A program made the translations under genes and the position numbers. The notes beneath the pieces are model-generated. The model saw only the letters and a list, made by a program, of their open reading frames with translations, did no database searches and was not told the DNA's origin. From assembly GCF_030028105.1 (NCBI RefSeq), contig NC_092375.1, positions 145,761,415-145,825,414 on the forward strand: a DNA stretch of 64,000 nt, in the 5' to 3' direction. Shown here one piece after another: positions 25,626 through 38,964 of the stretch (its first letter is position 1; each line of letters starts with the position of its first letter). The stretch is from Mobula birostris (taxonomy: Eukaryota).

Positions 25626-26835
25626 GGTGAGAATACTATTTATCGACTACCGCTCAGCACACAATAGCATCATCCCCTCCAAACTAATAAATCAGCTCCA
25701 AGACATTGACCTCAATACCTCCTCATGCAATTTGATCCTGGATTTCCTCACTTGTAGACCCCAGTCAGTTTGGATTGGCAACAAGATCTCCTCCATCATC
25801 TCCATCAGCACAGATGCACCACAGGGCTGTATGCTTAGCCCTCTGCACTACTTGCTTTATGCTTATGACCCTGTGGCTAAGCACAGCTTCAATGTCATAT
25901 CCAAGTTGGCTGACAGCACCACTGTCATCCGAATCAAAGATGGTGATGTATTAGCATACAAGAGGGAGATTGAAAATTTGGCTGAGTAGTGCCATAGCCA
26001 CAACCACTGACACAACGTCAGCAAGACTAAGGAACTGATTGTAGACTTCAGGAGAGGGAAACCAGAGGTCCATAAGCTAGTCCTCATTGAAATTCAGAGG
26101 TGGAGAGAGTTAGCATCTTTAAATTCCCAAGTGTTAGTATTTCAGAGGACGTGTCCTGGATCCAGTACGTAAGTGTAATTGTGAAGATAGCATTGCAGCA
26201 TCTCTACTTCCTTTGGAGTTTACGGAGATTTGGCATGACATATAAAACTCAGAAAAACTTCTATAGATGTGTAGTGGAGAGTTTATTGACTGGCCACGTC
26301 ATGGACTAGTATGGAAGCACCAATGCCTTTAAACAGAAAATCCTACTAAAGGGAGTGGATTCAGCCCAGTACATCATGGATGAAGCCCTTCCAAGTATTG
26401 AGCACATCTACATGAAACACTGATGTAGGAAAGCAGCATCCATAATCAGAGATCCTCTCCACCCAGGTCATACTCTCTTCTCACTGCTGTCAGCAGGCTG
26501 AAGGTACAAAAGCCTTAGGGTTTGCAAGACCAGGTTCAAGAACAGTTACTACCCTTAACCATCAGACTCTAGAAGAAATGGGATAATGACACTCACTTGC
26601 CCATCCATTGAGATGTTCCCACAATCTGTGATCTGACTTTAAGGACTCTTTATCTCAGTAAGTCATGTTCTCGTTATTTATTGCTATTTATTTGTATTTA
26701 CATTTGCAGTTTGTTGTCTTTTCCACTGTGATTAATCTTTCATTGATCCTGTTATAGTTACTGTTCTATAGATTTGTTGTACGCACGCAGGAAAATGAAC
26801 CTCAGGGTTATAAATGATATGTACCTTGTTTGATT
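25626..26835 (+). mobile_element. Rex1/Babar-like LINE 3' fragment (paralogue of 14988-16930, co-duplicated)
   Basis: [21 protein letters not shown]...[15 protein letters not shown]...PQGCMLSPL (RT motifs); same tail and flanks as the first copy. Confidence 0.82.
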
Positions 26836-29802
26836 AATAAACTTACTATGAACTTTGAAACTTGACTCACTTCCTGACACTCCGCAGCTTTTCTAGGCAC
26901 ATTCTCAAGGCACATCATGATATTCTCCGCTTGGCTCGATAAATGCAGTTCGCTCCAACAGCTCTTATGAAGCTTGACACCGTCAAAGTATTCTTCTTGG
27001 TTGGCTCCTTATTAATCATCCAAAATATTCATTCAGAGGATTGATACAAAGTGGCTGCGGTGTGTATCATCTATAAATGCACTGCAGATACTTGCCCAGG
27101 CTGTTTGCATAATATTTCGCAAAGGTCAGGAGAATACTACCATCTGTAGCTTCCCCTCTATATCACATAGCTCACTGATTTGGAAACCTATCACTTGTCC
27201 TTCATCGCTAATGGGTTTAGATCCTGAAACTTCCTGCCAACGTCTCTGTGGGAGAACTTCACTAGAATGATTGCGGGGGTTTAGGAAAGCTGTTCATCTT
27301 CATTTTCTCAAGGATAGTTAGGGATGGGTATTAAAGCTGGCCTTGCCAGTAACAAGTTATGAGAAAGGAATACATTTTTAAAAAGTTATTGCTTGCAAAT
27401 AATAGTTAATTTTGTTAAAATAAACTGTAACAATGTATAAAAATAAATTTTATAGTAGGAAATGTTCCCTATATTTTTTGTTGTTGATCAGTTCAGCAAA
27501 AGGTAAACACGAGTAAGATGTGTGTCTACTTTTTACACTCATTCAAGATTAAAAATTAAAGAAACACTTACTAAAAAAGCTAAAATTTAGAAAGAATTAA
27601 TGTGACATTCTTTTCTGTGGTGAGGATTGCTATGTACAGGATGGCTGTTTGCTCAGTGACAAAGTCACAGTGACTGTTGCATAAATAATCCATTCAGAGA
27701 TTTTGAATGATTTTGTGAAGCATCCTTTTGTTCTATATAAATGCTCTAGCTACGCACAAAATTTGTACATCAGCTGATTGCAAAAACAAATTTATTCTAT
27801 GAAAACAACAGAATAAAATTGTGTCAATAGGATGAAATTGGATTCATTTAGAAGAAATATATACTGGAATTTTGTTGCAGTTCCTCAGAAAACATACTTC
27901 TCACTGAACATGCCAGCCTTTGGTCACTTATCTTTGAATTTTTCTGATGTTAATTTGGATCCTCAGCTAAACTGTAATCTGAAAGTAAAATTACTTTGTT
28001 CGCTAAGAATTTTCCAGCACGAGAAGGAAACAAACAGGTGCTATGGTTTGTAGGTTGGTGAAGTGGACAATATCATTCAGAGCTAATGAATCCAATCCTC
28101 AAAAAATAAAAAAAATCAACTTATTTCAGACAGGGAATTTACATTGTTTCAAAATATATTTAAGTTGACTTCATCAAAGCAATCCTTGCCTTAGATCCGG
28201 AGTACTTTTAAAGCAAAAAATGTCCTCTACCACCATGTGATTATGAACTTAAGCCATTACTTATTATGCAAATATTGAATTGATGGTTCAGTATTTTTAT
28301 ATTTTAGAGCAATTTTTATGATTAAAGTATATTTTAACTTAAAAAGTCAGAGTCCCCACTCATGCTGTGGCAGTGGATCTCACAGAGATCCAGATGGAGA
28401 GTTCACATCAAAGCCAGGAGTCCATTGTACCACTGTTTAGCCCTGTAATTCTGATGGGCAATGGGCTTTTAGATATAATTGCAGTCAGATTTAATCACCA
28501 TGCAAGCCAGAAAAAATGAATATTTTTACTGTTGATATTCCGTGCACAATAAAGGAATATGTGATGTGGCTTCAATGCTCTGAAGTTGAACTGCTTGTGT
28601 TTGTTTTGTTTTCAGTCTAGGTGAGTGCTGGTAGTGACTGAACCCAGGTGCAGGGAAATGACAGGGTGACGTGTAGAGATGCAAACCAGAGTTTACACAT
28701 AGGAATTTCAACAGAACATCAGTGACTTGACTGAGTGACACCGTGAGACACATCATTCTTAGAACAAAGACCCAATGATAAGCACTAATTGGAAGTCCAC
28801 TTTAAATAATCACAGTACATTTAAAACCCGTGCCAGTCAAAATAAACTAGACAAGGTTAAACAGAGAGCACAGGGGCTTAATGACTCTAAGTAAGACAAC
28901 AATTAGCAAATGGAGATACCCTAGAAACCGCAAAGCCTGTCACTCTACATCTCACTGCACAGGTCGGCAGGACTCATATCTCAGGGTTTGTTTGAAAAAG
29001 AGTCTGCTGAAGAGGACAGCTTTTCATTTTTACCAGCAGCATTGTCACAGTGCTGGCACATTTGCCTGTCAGTCAGAAGGAGGAGGTTGAATCCCCTCCT
29101 TGTGGGAGGAATTCATGAACTGCGGCTGATCCACAGCAGAGTATAGACTGAGAGGTAAGGTACACTGTATGAGGTGCTGTTCACCTGGTGGAGGCAAAAC
29201 ATCCCAGAAACATTTCTCAGAGCAATGAAGCTCTCCTGGTGATCCGTTTGTTTGCTTGTTGTTCCCTTCCACACCGTGGGGCGCATCAGCAGGCAACCTT
29301 GCTGTTCTTTTTCAGCAATTGTGTCTGATTTTTATGACACCAGGTTGTTAGATTGATGTTCAACCCAGCACAGATGGAACGAATGCAAGAGGCTGGCTGG
29401 ATCCGAACTTGGGACCACTTGCCTCAAAGTTCATTGTGGACGTCACTGTACCACTGGCCGGCCTCCTGGTGCTCTAAAAGGTGTTTTTTGAGCGACATCA
29501 AAGCAAACAGTTTGCCTGATGTTTGTTGGAACAGACCTTGGTTTCCACATTGCCCCTGTTTCAACTGCCAATACGCTTCAGCGGTCTTCTTTTTGCATAA
29601 GGAAGTCTTGGACATCAAGAGGTTCTGAATTTGTGTAAGAAGTGTAGAAACTTCCTTGGACTTAACAATGACTTTCATAGGTGGATGCCTTGATGCCTTT
29701 TGGAGCATCAATGATGGTCACATTGAGGTTGTGAAAGATTTTTTTTCTGACTATCTTCCTTATTACATCAGTCTCCTTTGTTAACGATTCTTCTTGTCCT
29801 TG

Positions 29803-32090
29803 ATAAAAGAGGTAGGGGTGTGGAATTGCTAATTAGGGATAGTGTCACAGCTGCAGAAAAGGAGGAAGTCATGGGGAGATGTTCTACTGAGTCAGTATGG
29901 GTGGAAGTCAGAAACAGGAAAGGGGCAATAACTCTACAGGGTGTTTTTATAAACCCCCCAATAGTAACAAGGACATTGAGGAGCAGATAGGGAGGCAGAT
30001 TCTGGAAAGGTGCAATAGTAATAAGGTTGTTGTGATGGGAGATTTTAACTTTCCTAATATTGATTGGCATCTCCTTAGTGCTAGGGATTTAGATGGGGTG
30101 GAGTTTGTTAGGTGTGGTCAGGAAGGTTTCCTGACACAATATGTAGATAAGCCAACTGGAGGAGAGGCTGTTCTTGATCTGGTATTGGGAAATAAACCTG
30201 GTCAGGTGTCAGATCTCTTGGTAGGAAAGCATTTTGGAGGTAGTGATCACAACTATCTCCTTCACCATAGCTCTGGAGAGGGATAGGAACAGACAATTTG
30301 AGAAAACATTTAATTGGGCTAGGGGGAAATATGATGCTATTAGGTAGGAGCTTAGGAGCAGATGTTCTCAGAGAAATGCATGGCAGAAATGCGGCAAATA
30401 TTCAGAGAACATTTGCATGGAATTCTGCATGGGCATGTTCCATTGAGGCAGGGAAAGGATGGTAGAGCTAAAGTATGCAGAAAATCTAGTTAAGAAGAAA
30501 AGAAAAGCTTACGAAAGGTTCAAGAAACTAGGTATTTTTAGAGCTCTAGAAAATTACAGGGTTGCTAGAAAGGAGGAGAATGGAATTAGGAGAAGGCCCT
30601 GTTGGGCAGGATTAAGGAAAACCCCAAGACATTCTACAAGTATGTGAAGAGCAAGAGGATGAGCCGTGTGAGAACAGGACCAATCAGGTGTGATAGTGGA
30701 AACGTGTGCATGGAGTCAGAGAAGGTAGCGAAGGTAGTTAAGGAATACCTTGCTTCAGTGTTCACCAGGGAAAAAGACCTTGGTAATAGTGGAGATGACT
30801 TACAGTGGACTGAAACGCTTGAGCATATAGATATTATCAAAGAGGATGTGTTAGAGCTTTTGAAAAGCATTAAGTTAGATAAGTCACCGGGACCAGATGA
30901 AATATAACCCAGGCTTCTGTGGGAAGTGAGGGAGGAGATTGCTGAGCCTCTTCCAATGATCTTTGTGTCATCAATAGGATGGGAGACTTTGCTTTGTGGA
31001 TCCAGAATTGGCTTGCCCACAGCAAGCAAAGGGTGGTTATAGATAGTTCACATTCTGCATGGAGGACAGTGACCAGTGGTGTTCCACAGGGATCTAATCT
31101 GGGACCCCTCCATTTGTGAGTTTTATAAATGACCTGGATGAAGAAGTAAAAGGGTGGGTTAGTAAGTTCTCTGATGACACAAGATGGTGGCGGGGGGGGT
31201 GGTGGTTGTGGATAGTGTGGAGGGTTGTTAGAGGTTACGGCGGAACATTGATAGGATGCAGGATGAGGCTGAGAAGTGGCAAATGAACTTCAACCCAGAT
31301 AAGTGTGAAGTGGTTCATTTTGGTAGGTCAAATTTGAAGACAGAATATAGTATAAATAGTAAGATTCTTAGCAGTGTGGAGGACCTGAGAGATCTTGGCT
31401 TCTGTGTCGATAGGACGCTCAAAGCTGCTGTGCAGGTTGACAGTGTTGTTAAGAAGGTGTACGAAGTGTTGGTATTCATCAACAGTGGGATTGAGTTCAA
31501 GAGCCATGAGGTAATGTTACAGCTATACTGGACCCAGGTCAGACCCCACTTGGAGTAGTACATTCAGTTCTGGTCACCTCACTACAGGAAGGATGTGGAT
31601 GCTATAGGGAGAGTGCAGAGGAGATTTACAATGATGTTGCCTGGATTGGAGAGCATGCCTGATGAGAATAGGTTGAGTGTACTTGGCGTTTTCTCCTTGG
31701 CGTGACGGAGGATGAGAAGTGACCTGATAGAGGTGTATAAGATGATGAGGGGCATTGATCATGTGGAAAGCCAGAGGCTTTTTCCCAGGGCTGAAATGGC
31801 TAACACAAGGGGGCACAGTTTTAAGGTGCTTGGAAATAGGTACCGAGGGAACGTCAGGGGTAAGTTTTTCATACGGGGAGTGGTGGTGTGTGGAATGCAC
31901 TGCCGGCAGCGGTGGTGGAAGTGGATACAACAGGGTGTTTTAAAATGCTACTTAGATAGGTATATGGAGCTTAGAAAAATAGAGAGCTATGTACTAGGGA
32001 AATTCCAGGCAGTTTCTAGAGTAGGTTACATGGTCAGCACAACATTGTGGGCCAAAGGGTCTGTAATCTGTTGTAAATTTCTATGTTCTA
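29803..32090 (+). mobile_element. CR1 LINE, 5'-truncated and internally deleted (APE plus RT remnants, 3' tail)
   Basis: APE motifs VVMGDFNFPNIDW and LDLVLGN...GGSDH; RT-region KENPKTFYKYVKSK, DKSPGPDEI and WQMNFNPDKCEVVHFG; (TTCTATG)n tail. Interrupts a block that is continuous at ~8360 and ~19610; possible TSD tgt(c/t)cttg. Confidence 0.92.
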
Positions 32091-33114
32091 TGTTCTTGCT
32101 CTTCCTCCTTCACAAGGATTAACCTAACAATTTCCATAGCTGATGCCATAATGTGGTCCTGTGGTTAAAGGGTCCAGTGGCACAGTGGGACGGTAGAGTG
32201 CTGCAGCAGCTACTATTGCTGCAAGCCTGACCTCAGGGGTGGAGTTCGTGCATTCAGCCAGCGACTGTGTGGATTTTCTGAATCCTCTAATTTATTGGGC
32301 ATAAGGCTATAAGACACCAAAAAGGGAAAATAGGAGATAAAAAAAAGATCTTGAGAATTTGAGAGTTCCTTGTCATTGAAGGGGTATTGCTGATTTGTTT
32401 GTCAGACATTGGTGGAAGCATCAAAACACATGGTGAAATGAATCACTTGCGACAACGAGCAACAGAGTCCGAGGATGTGCTGGGGTCTGCCCACGTGTCG
32501 ACACGAGTCCAGTGCACAGCTGTCCACAACTTACTCACCCGCACGTCTTCAGAATACGTGAGGTCAGGGGAGAAACATAAGCTACTTAAAGACAACATGG
32601 GAATTGAACCCTGTACAGCATTATGGTAACTGCTATGCTATCAAGCCACCTTGGTATCTGCAGCTGGATGTTGAAGGAAACCTTGTTGAAGCATTTCCAC
32701 AACAAACGCCATTTCTTGGGCCTTACACGAGCTGGATTCAATAGTCCACATGTTGCACCTTCTCTCTGCTCTCTCATGGCATTTTTCTGGGTGCCTCGTT
32801 TCCTCCCACATCATAAAATGCGCAGATGGGTGTGTAAATTGGACACAGTAAGTTCTCCCTGGTGTGTGAGTTAGTAATAAAGTCCAGGAGGAGTCGATCA
32901 GAATGTGGGGAGAATAAAAATATTGGGATTAATTTAGTGTACATGGGTGGTTGATGGTTTGCCTGGACTTGTGTTGGCCAAAAATTCTGTTCTGTGACTG
33001 TGACACTACGACGTATCTGCGTATTGTGACTTTTTTTGTAACTCTAGAATGATCCCTAGCAGAGAATGAAAAAGGCTGATTTCCTGCATTGTAGAATTAA
33101 ATTGCCTGCCGCAA

Positions 33115-33269
33115 AACAAAATCTATCACTGGATCATTGACAAGTCTTATATCCTCAGGTCCTTTTTCAGCATTCACAGGACATATGTTGTTTTCTGCTG
33201 ACCTCAGGTTTGTGTCATTTACATTACAAAGGCCTTGCTGGAAAAGCCTTTCTGTCCAGTATATAAATA
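33115..33269 (+). promoter_or_regulatory. Gene 4 proximal promoter
   Basis: TATAAATA 33262-33269; TGCTGACCTCAG 33196-33207. The distal MARE-like site is altered to TCCTTTTTCAGCA (33160-33172). Confidence 0.65.
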
Positions 33270-33317
33270 CCCAGTTACAGTTGCATGTAGTCAGTTGGGT
33301 ATTGACAGTACACCGCA

Positions 33318-36147
33318 ATGGGAAAGGTAAGACCACTTTTCATTTTGTGAATTATATTGTAACCTTCATGTGTCCCTAATCTGATTTAAGTTATTTATTT
33401 CTTCCCACAGATCACCTTCTACGAGGACAGGAACTTCCAGGGTCGGCACTATGAGTGCAGCTCCGACTGTGCCGACCTCTCCCCTTACTTCAGCCGCTGT
33501 AACTCCATCCGTGTTGACAGTGACTGGTGGGTGTTGTACGAGAGACCCAACTACACGGGATACCAGTATGTCCTGAGCAGGGGAGAGTATCCTGACTACC
33601 AGCGCTGGATGGGATTCAGTGACTGTGTCAAGTCCTGTCGCAGTTACCCACCTGTAAGTTGCTGTTGGTGACTGAGGTATTTCAAGCCACTTGGCACACT
33701 GCTAGAAAATGGCTGACATTTGCAATAATTACACTTGTGCACAAGCTCGTTCTCTGAAATGTTATGCTGATGTGAATGCTAGAGTTAGCTGCTGGCATTT
33801 GGAGACAAGTTTGGAGTCAGTAGATACTTGTTAAAGGAGTCAACAGAAATGAAGTTGGTTCAGGAAAGTAGTGCATCTGGTGTGAAGGATGAATGTCCGA
33901 TTGCTATTGACAGATGGAGCTGTATCCGTGATTGTGAGGGCACTGGGTAAAGAATGGGAATCGGAATCGGGTTTATTATCACTGGCGTATGCATCACTGG
34001 CTTTTTATGCTGAAACTACATTAATGTCTACGCACAGGATGCTGGAGGAACTCAGCCTGTCAGGCAGCATTTGTCAGGCCTGATAAACAGTCTCAAACTG
34101 AAATGTTGTCTCCACAGATACTGCCTGACCCCTTGAATTCCTCCAGCATTTTGTGTGCTGATCCAGATTCCAGAAACTGCCCTTCCTTGTGTCTTCTTTA
34201 TTGAAGTCTAGTTGGGCTACAGAAAATATTTGGTCAGTTTGTGGTAGTTTTACGGAACATCATATATACAGTTATAGCACGTGGACATTGATGGCTCAGA
34301 CCCCTGTAAATTTAAGATCACAAAATGAGAAAAATGAATTGAAGAGCTATGAGTAAAACATAGGGAAATGGGAGATGGGCATCTTGGTCAGCATGGATCC
34401 GTTGATGTGAGGAGATTCTTTCTGTGCTGTGCTAGTCTATGATTCATTTGATGTATTGTAACCCACAAAGAGCAGGAAACATGGAACATAGAATGTGAAA
34501 ATATACTGCACAGTACAGGTCCTTCGGACTATGATTTTGTGCCAACCTTTTAACTTGTTGGAATGTCAAACTAACCCTTCCCTCTCACAGAGCCTTCCAT
34601 TTTTCTTTCAATCATATGTCCATCTAAAAGTCACTTAGATATATCAGCCTCTATCACCACGCCCGGCAGATTGCTCCACACACTTACTACTCTGTAAAAA
34701 TCTTACCTTTTGCATCCCACTAGACTTTGCTCCAGTTTCTTTAAATTTATGTGCCTTCCTGTTAGCTATTTCAGCCTTGATAAAAATTCTCTGACCATTC
34801 ACTCCATCTGTTGCTCATAACATCTTATAAGAGATAAAAGGGATTGGACAGAAAAAAATTGTGACTATTAAAGTTTCAATGGGACAAATGGCCTCTTTTC
34901 ATGAACTTGTGTGGTGTTCCATTCGTAATAAAACATCCACCTTATTCACTGAATCAGACTGCTTCTGGGCTGGATTACAAAAATCTACCTTTTTAATTGC
35001 ATAATATCAGAGAACCACAGTGGAATGAGGCTGTTTGGCCCCTTGAATCCACGTTAGCTCAATGCTGAAGCAATCTGCCCTCTCCCATAAGTTGCAAATT
35101 ATTTCAAAATCATCCCGGGCTCTAGCTGATACCCAGGTTGAAATGAGAGATGACTGTGTTATTATTTCCAACAATCGCACCCTGTGTAGAGTTATATTTA
35201 CAGTTCTGACAGAGAGGAAGTGAGGAATGAGGAATCTGAAAACCCTCAGAACAATTTGTATTTTTTTTTGTATTAGTAATTCAACCTATTTACAGACACA
35301 GACCAACACCTACAGCATGCACAGTTATCATATTTACCATGATTCTTCAACACAGGATTTTAATTAATTACATCATGTTATCTCTAGTGGAACTGAATTC
35401 TGCAAACTTTGTTCTTTTTGTTAATACTGTCTTCAGAAACTCAGAACAAGCTCTTCAACAAGGTATTATACTTTATCGATATACATCTAATTTGGAAACA
35501 TAATTATGACATTATTTCTGTCACAATACTTTCTTGTGATTATATTGAGCATGCTTTAATATCCTTTAATATCTTTCATGTGATCAACCAAATTTTTTTT
35601 GATATTCATGAAATTAAATGATTCTTAGCTGCCTCCTGTAGAAACAATGAACTTCCTCAATCTTAAATCATGATTGCCTAAGTTTTAATTGCCTTCAATG
35701 TAGAGATAAATTTTCTCCACATTATTTCATTAAGGATATTCTTGAAGTATAATTAATTATTGATAATCCAGAGGCTTGGTAAAACTACATCTATATATAA
35801 AGTCTGTGATAATTATATGCATTTTGACATGATTATGCTGCATTAAGGACACATAAAATCCTTTATTCCAGTACCAAGGGGGCACCTACAGGATGAAGAT
35901 TTACGAGAAGCCTGACTTTGCAGGACAGATGATGGAATTCATGGATGACTGTTCCTCAGTCTACGATCGTTTCCATTGCCGTGACATCCACTCCTGTCAG
36001 GTGTTGGATGGTTACTGGATCTTCTATGAACATCCCAACTACAGAGGCCGACAGTACTTCCTGAGACCCGGGGAATACAGGAGATACATTGACTGGGGCG
36101 GCTACAACTCATCCGTTGGTTCCTTTAGACGAATGAGGGACATCTAG
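33318..36147 (+). CDS. Gamma-crystallin (S-1-like), gene 4; exons 33318-33326, 33411-33653, 35872-36147; 175 aa
   Basis: MGK|GTAAGA canonical donor. Exon 2 [23 protein letters not shown]...[11 protein letters not shown]; exon 3 [18 protein letters not shown]...MRDI*. AATAAA at 36194-36199. Confidence 0.95.
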
Positions 36148-38964
36148 TTGGCTCTCAATCACCAGCATATTATTCTGAGAACATATTTCAGAAAATAAAA
36201 TAACCTTTGCAAGACAATTGTCATTGTAATTCATTTATTTTGATGTTGCGATAACATTGTGTAAAACATACAAAATAGAGTTAGTACCTGAGCCTTGTGT
36301 GGAGGCTTTGACCCACATTGACCTTAATTCATGATTATTTCTCATCTTAGCTGCTATCATTGTGGAGATAAATTTTATCCAGAGGCATGCTGAATATGTA
36401 ATTATTATTCATGAGGTCATCTTCTCTCATTGAGAGGATAGTGATAAAGTGTCACACCTCTGTGGATTCCTGCTCTTATGGGGAGATACAATATGGAAAC
36501 AAGCCCTTTGTCCTACTGAGTCAGGGATGAACATCAACTACCCACTTACACGAATCCTTCATTGATCCCATTTTTACAATCTCCACATATTCTCATAATT
36601 TCCCCAAATTGTAGTCACCTACACACTGAGAACAGCATACAATGGTCGATTTACCCACCAAGTAGCTCACCTCCCACATCTAGAACAAACCAGAACACCT
36701 AGAAAGAAGACATGGGCTTGCAGTGAGAATGTGCAAATCCTATACAGACATCACTTTAGGTTGCATAGTGAGGCAGTGGTTCTACTACCTGCACCACCAC
36801 ACTGCCTCTTCCCGCCTGTTGCAAACTGGACACATTCCATTTCTGCGTCAGTATTTTTGAGACGTTTACAGCCTAAAAGACAAAAGTTTTGACGATAATA
36901 TCGTTAATGAGAATACTTGTTGCAATCTACTACTTAGATAGAGTCTCTTTTCCTTAATGATGTTTCCTTCACAACCAATTTCTGACCATGTGAAAGGACA
37001 CTTCCAATTACAAGCAATTTTCTTTGGATTACGATTTGTGAGTGAGAAATGCAGTTTGGAAGCTTACATTGACAGCTATCCATCTTGCAAATGACCTTGA
37101 ACTGTAAGACAGAGGGAAGGTAGCCAGTATAAAGAAGGACTGGAGCAGGGGTTGGCAGATAGATCCAGATGAAGGGATGAGTGACAGTCCTAAAAATTTC
37201 TTGTGTGAGCGTTGATGGGGAGTGTTCAAAGGAATTCAGAAAGTTAAAGTGTAAGAACAATAGTAATAGTGATATGAGTAACCAGACTGTGAAGAGGGTA
37301 GACATCCAACTCGAGATCAAGCAGGGGAAAATGGAAAACATCCTGAAGTGAAGATCCGGAAGAATCCCTCCATCATAAAATATCTCACCATCATCCCCCC
37401 CTTCTCATCTTCCTTCCTTCTCATTTTCCAGCACCTACGGCCTTTTGTATCTCCACCTATCATATTTCATCCTCTGTCTCTCGCTCCTGGATCCACCTTC
37501 CATTATTCCCCCTCTCCTTGTCTGTTTATATGTATCACCTTCTAGCCATTCTCTCGCACCCTTCACCCTGACCTTCCCCATACATGGTTCTATCCCTTTT
37601 CCCACCTGGTTACACCTGTTGCCTGCCAGTCCCTGCCTCATTCCTCTCCCTCCCCTCTATTTACTGGCTATCTCCCTTCTACACTCTTATTCCTGTTGCA
37701 AGACCTCGAAGTAAAACATTGACCACCCTTTTGCCTCCACAGGAAATTTCCAACACCCAGCGAGTCAACACTAAATCAACCATTTTCCTCCATGAACTTC
37801 TTTTGTGAGTTGGACAGGAGATGCTGATGTCAGTATTAAATGTACATTCGGTGGCTGCGCTGGGGACCTGATTACTGTGTCAGGAGTTAATGTGAAGGCA
37901 GAGCTCACATGCAACCTTCAGGTTGCCAAACTAAGTAATCTGAGGTGCCAGTTCATTGGCTAAACCAACGTGCATCCTGCAGAAAACAACGGACTGAAAA
38001 CAATTTTTTTGTATAGTACAATAACCAAAGCATAGAATGACCAGCAATCAAAACTGTAATTTGTGGAAATGAAATTTCCATATACCTCTGCAGATGCTGC
38101 CTGCCCCTTTGAGTTCCTTCAGCAGTTTATTGTTTAATGAAGAAAGTAAATGAGTTTGGGAGATGTGAAGAAAACGCAAAGGACAGTAACATTGGGGTGA
38201 GTCATTTCCAGACCAGTAAATAGTAATACCAATGAAAGGCACAGGAAATACAGTAATTATCGGCCACTCTCATCTACAAAGACAGAGGAAATCAAGTTTT
38301 CTATTATAGCAGAGAGGTAGAATTGATGGAGAGTAAGTCAGAAGGTTTTCAAGATCAGTGTGTGGGGAAAGCAATGAGAACGTAGGCTGTTGTAGATCAA
38401 AGGATGTGCAAGGAGAGAGGGTTCATTACAAATCTTGCAGAAATCTACTTTTTTGAAGTGCTGGAGTTGTTGGATTTTGGCGTACTTATTGTGTTACTAA
38501 GAGAGGGAATTCCCGGATTTTGTCCCAGTGACAGTGAAAGAATGGGGTATTTTCCAAGTCAAGATGGTGTGTGGCTTGGATGGCAACTTCCAGTCAGTGT
38601 CATTAGGGTACAAAAGGGAGCAGAAGTGATTTACAAGGATGATATTGGGACTCAAAGTTTGAGTTATGAGAAGTGACAGGATTGCGTTCCTCAGAATAAA
38701 GGAAACTGATGGGTGATATTAAAGTCATGAGGGACATGTAGATTAATTAGAAGGTCACAATTTTCCCAGGGTAGTGGAGATTAGACTTAGAGAGCACACA
38801 TGGACTTGTGGTGAGAGAGGAAAGAGTTGAGACATAAGACATACGACATAAAACATAGAGCAAAATTTAGGCCCTTTTGCCCATCAAGTCATCAAGGAAT
38901 GCATTAAAATAATTTATTCCAGTATTGAGGAGGCAACAACAATGACCAGAATTTACCAGAGGGT

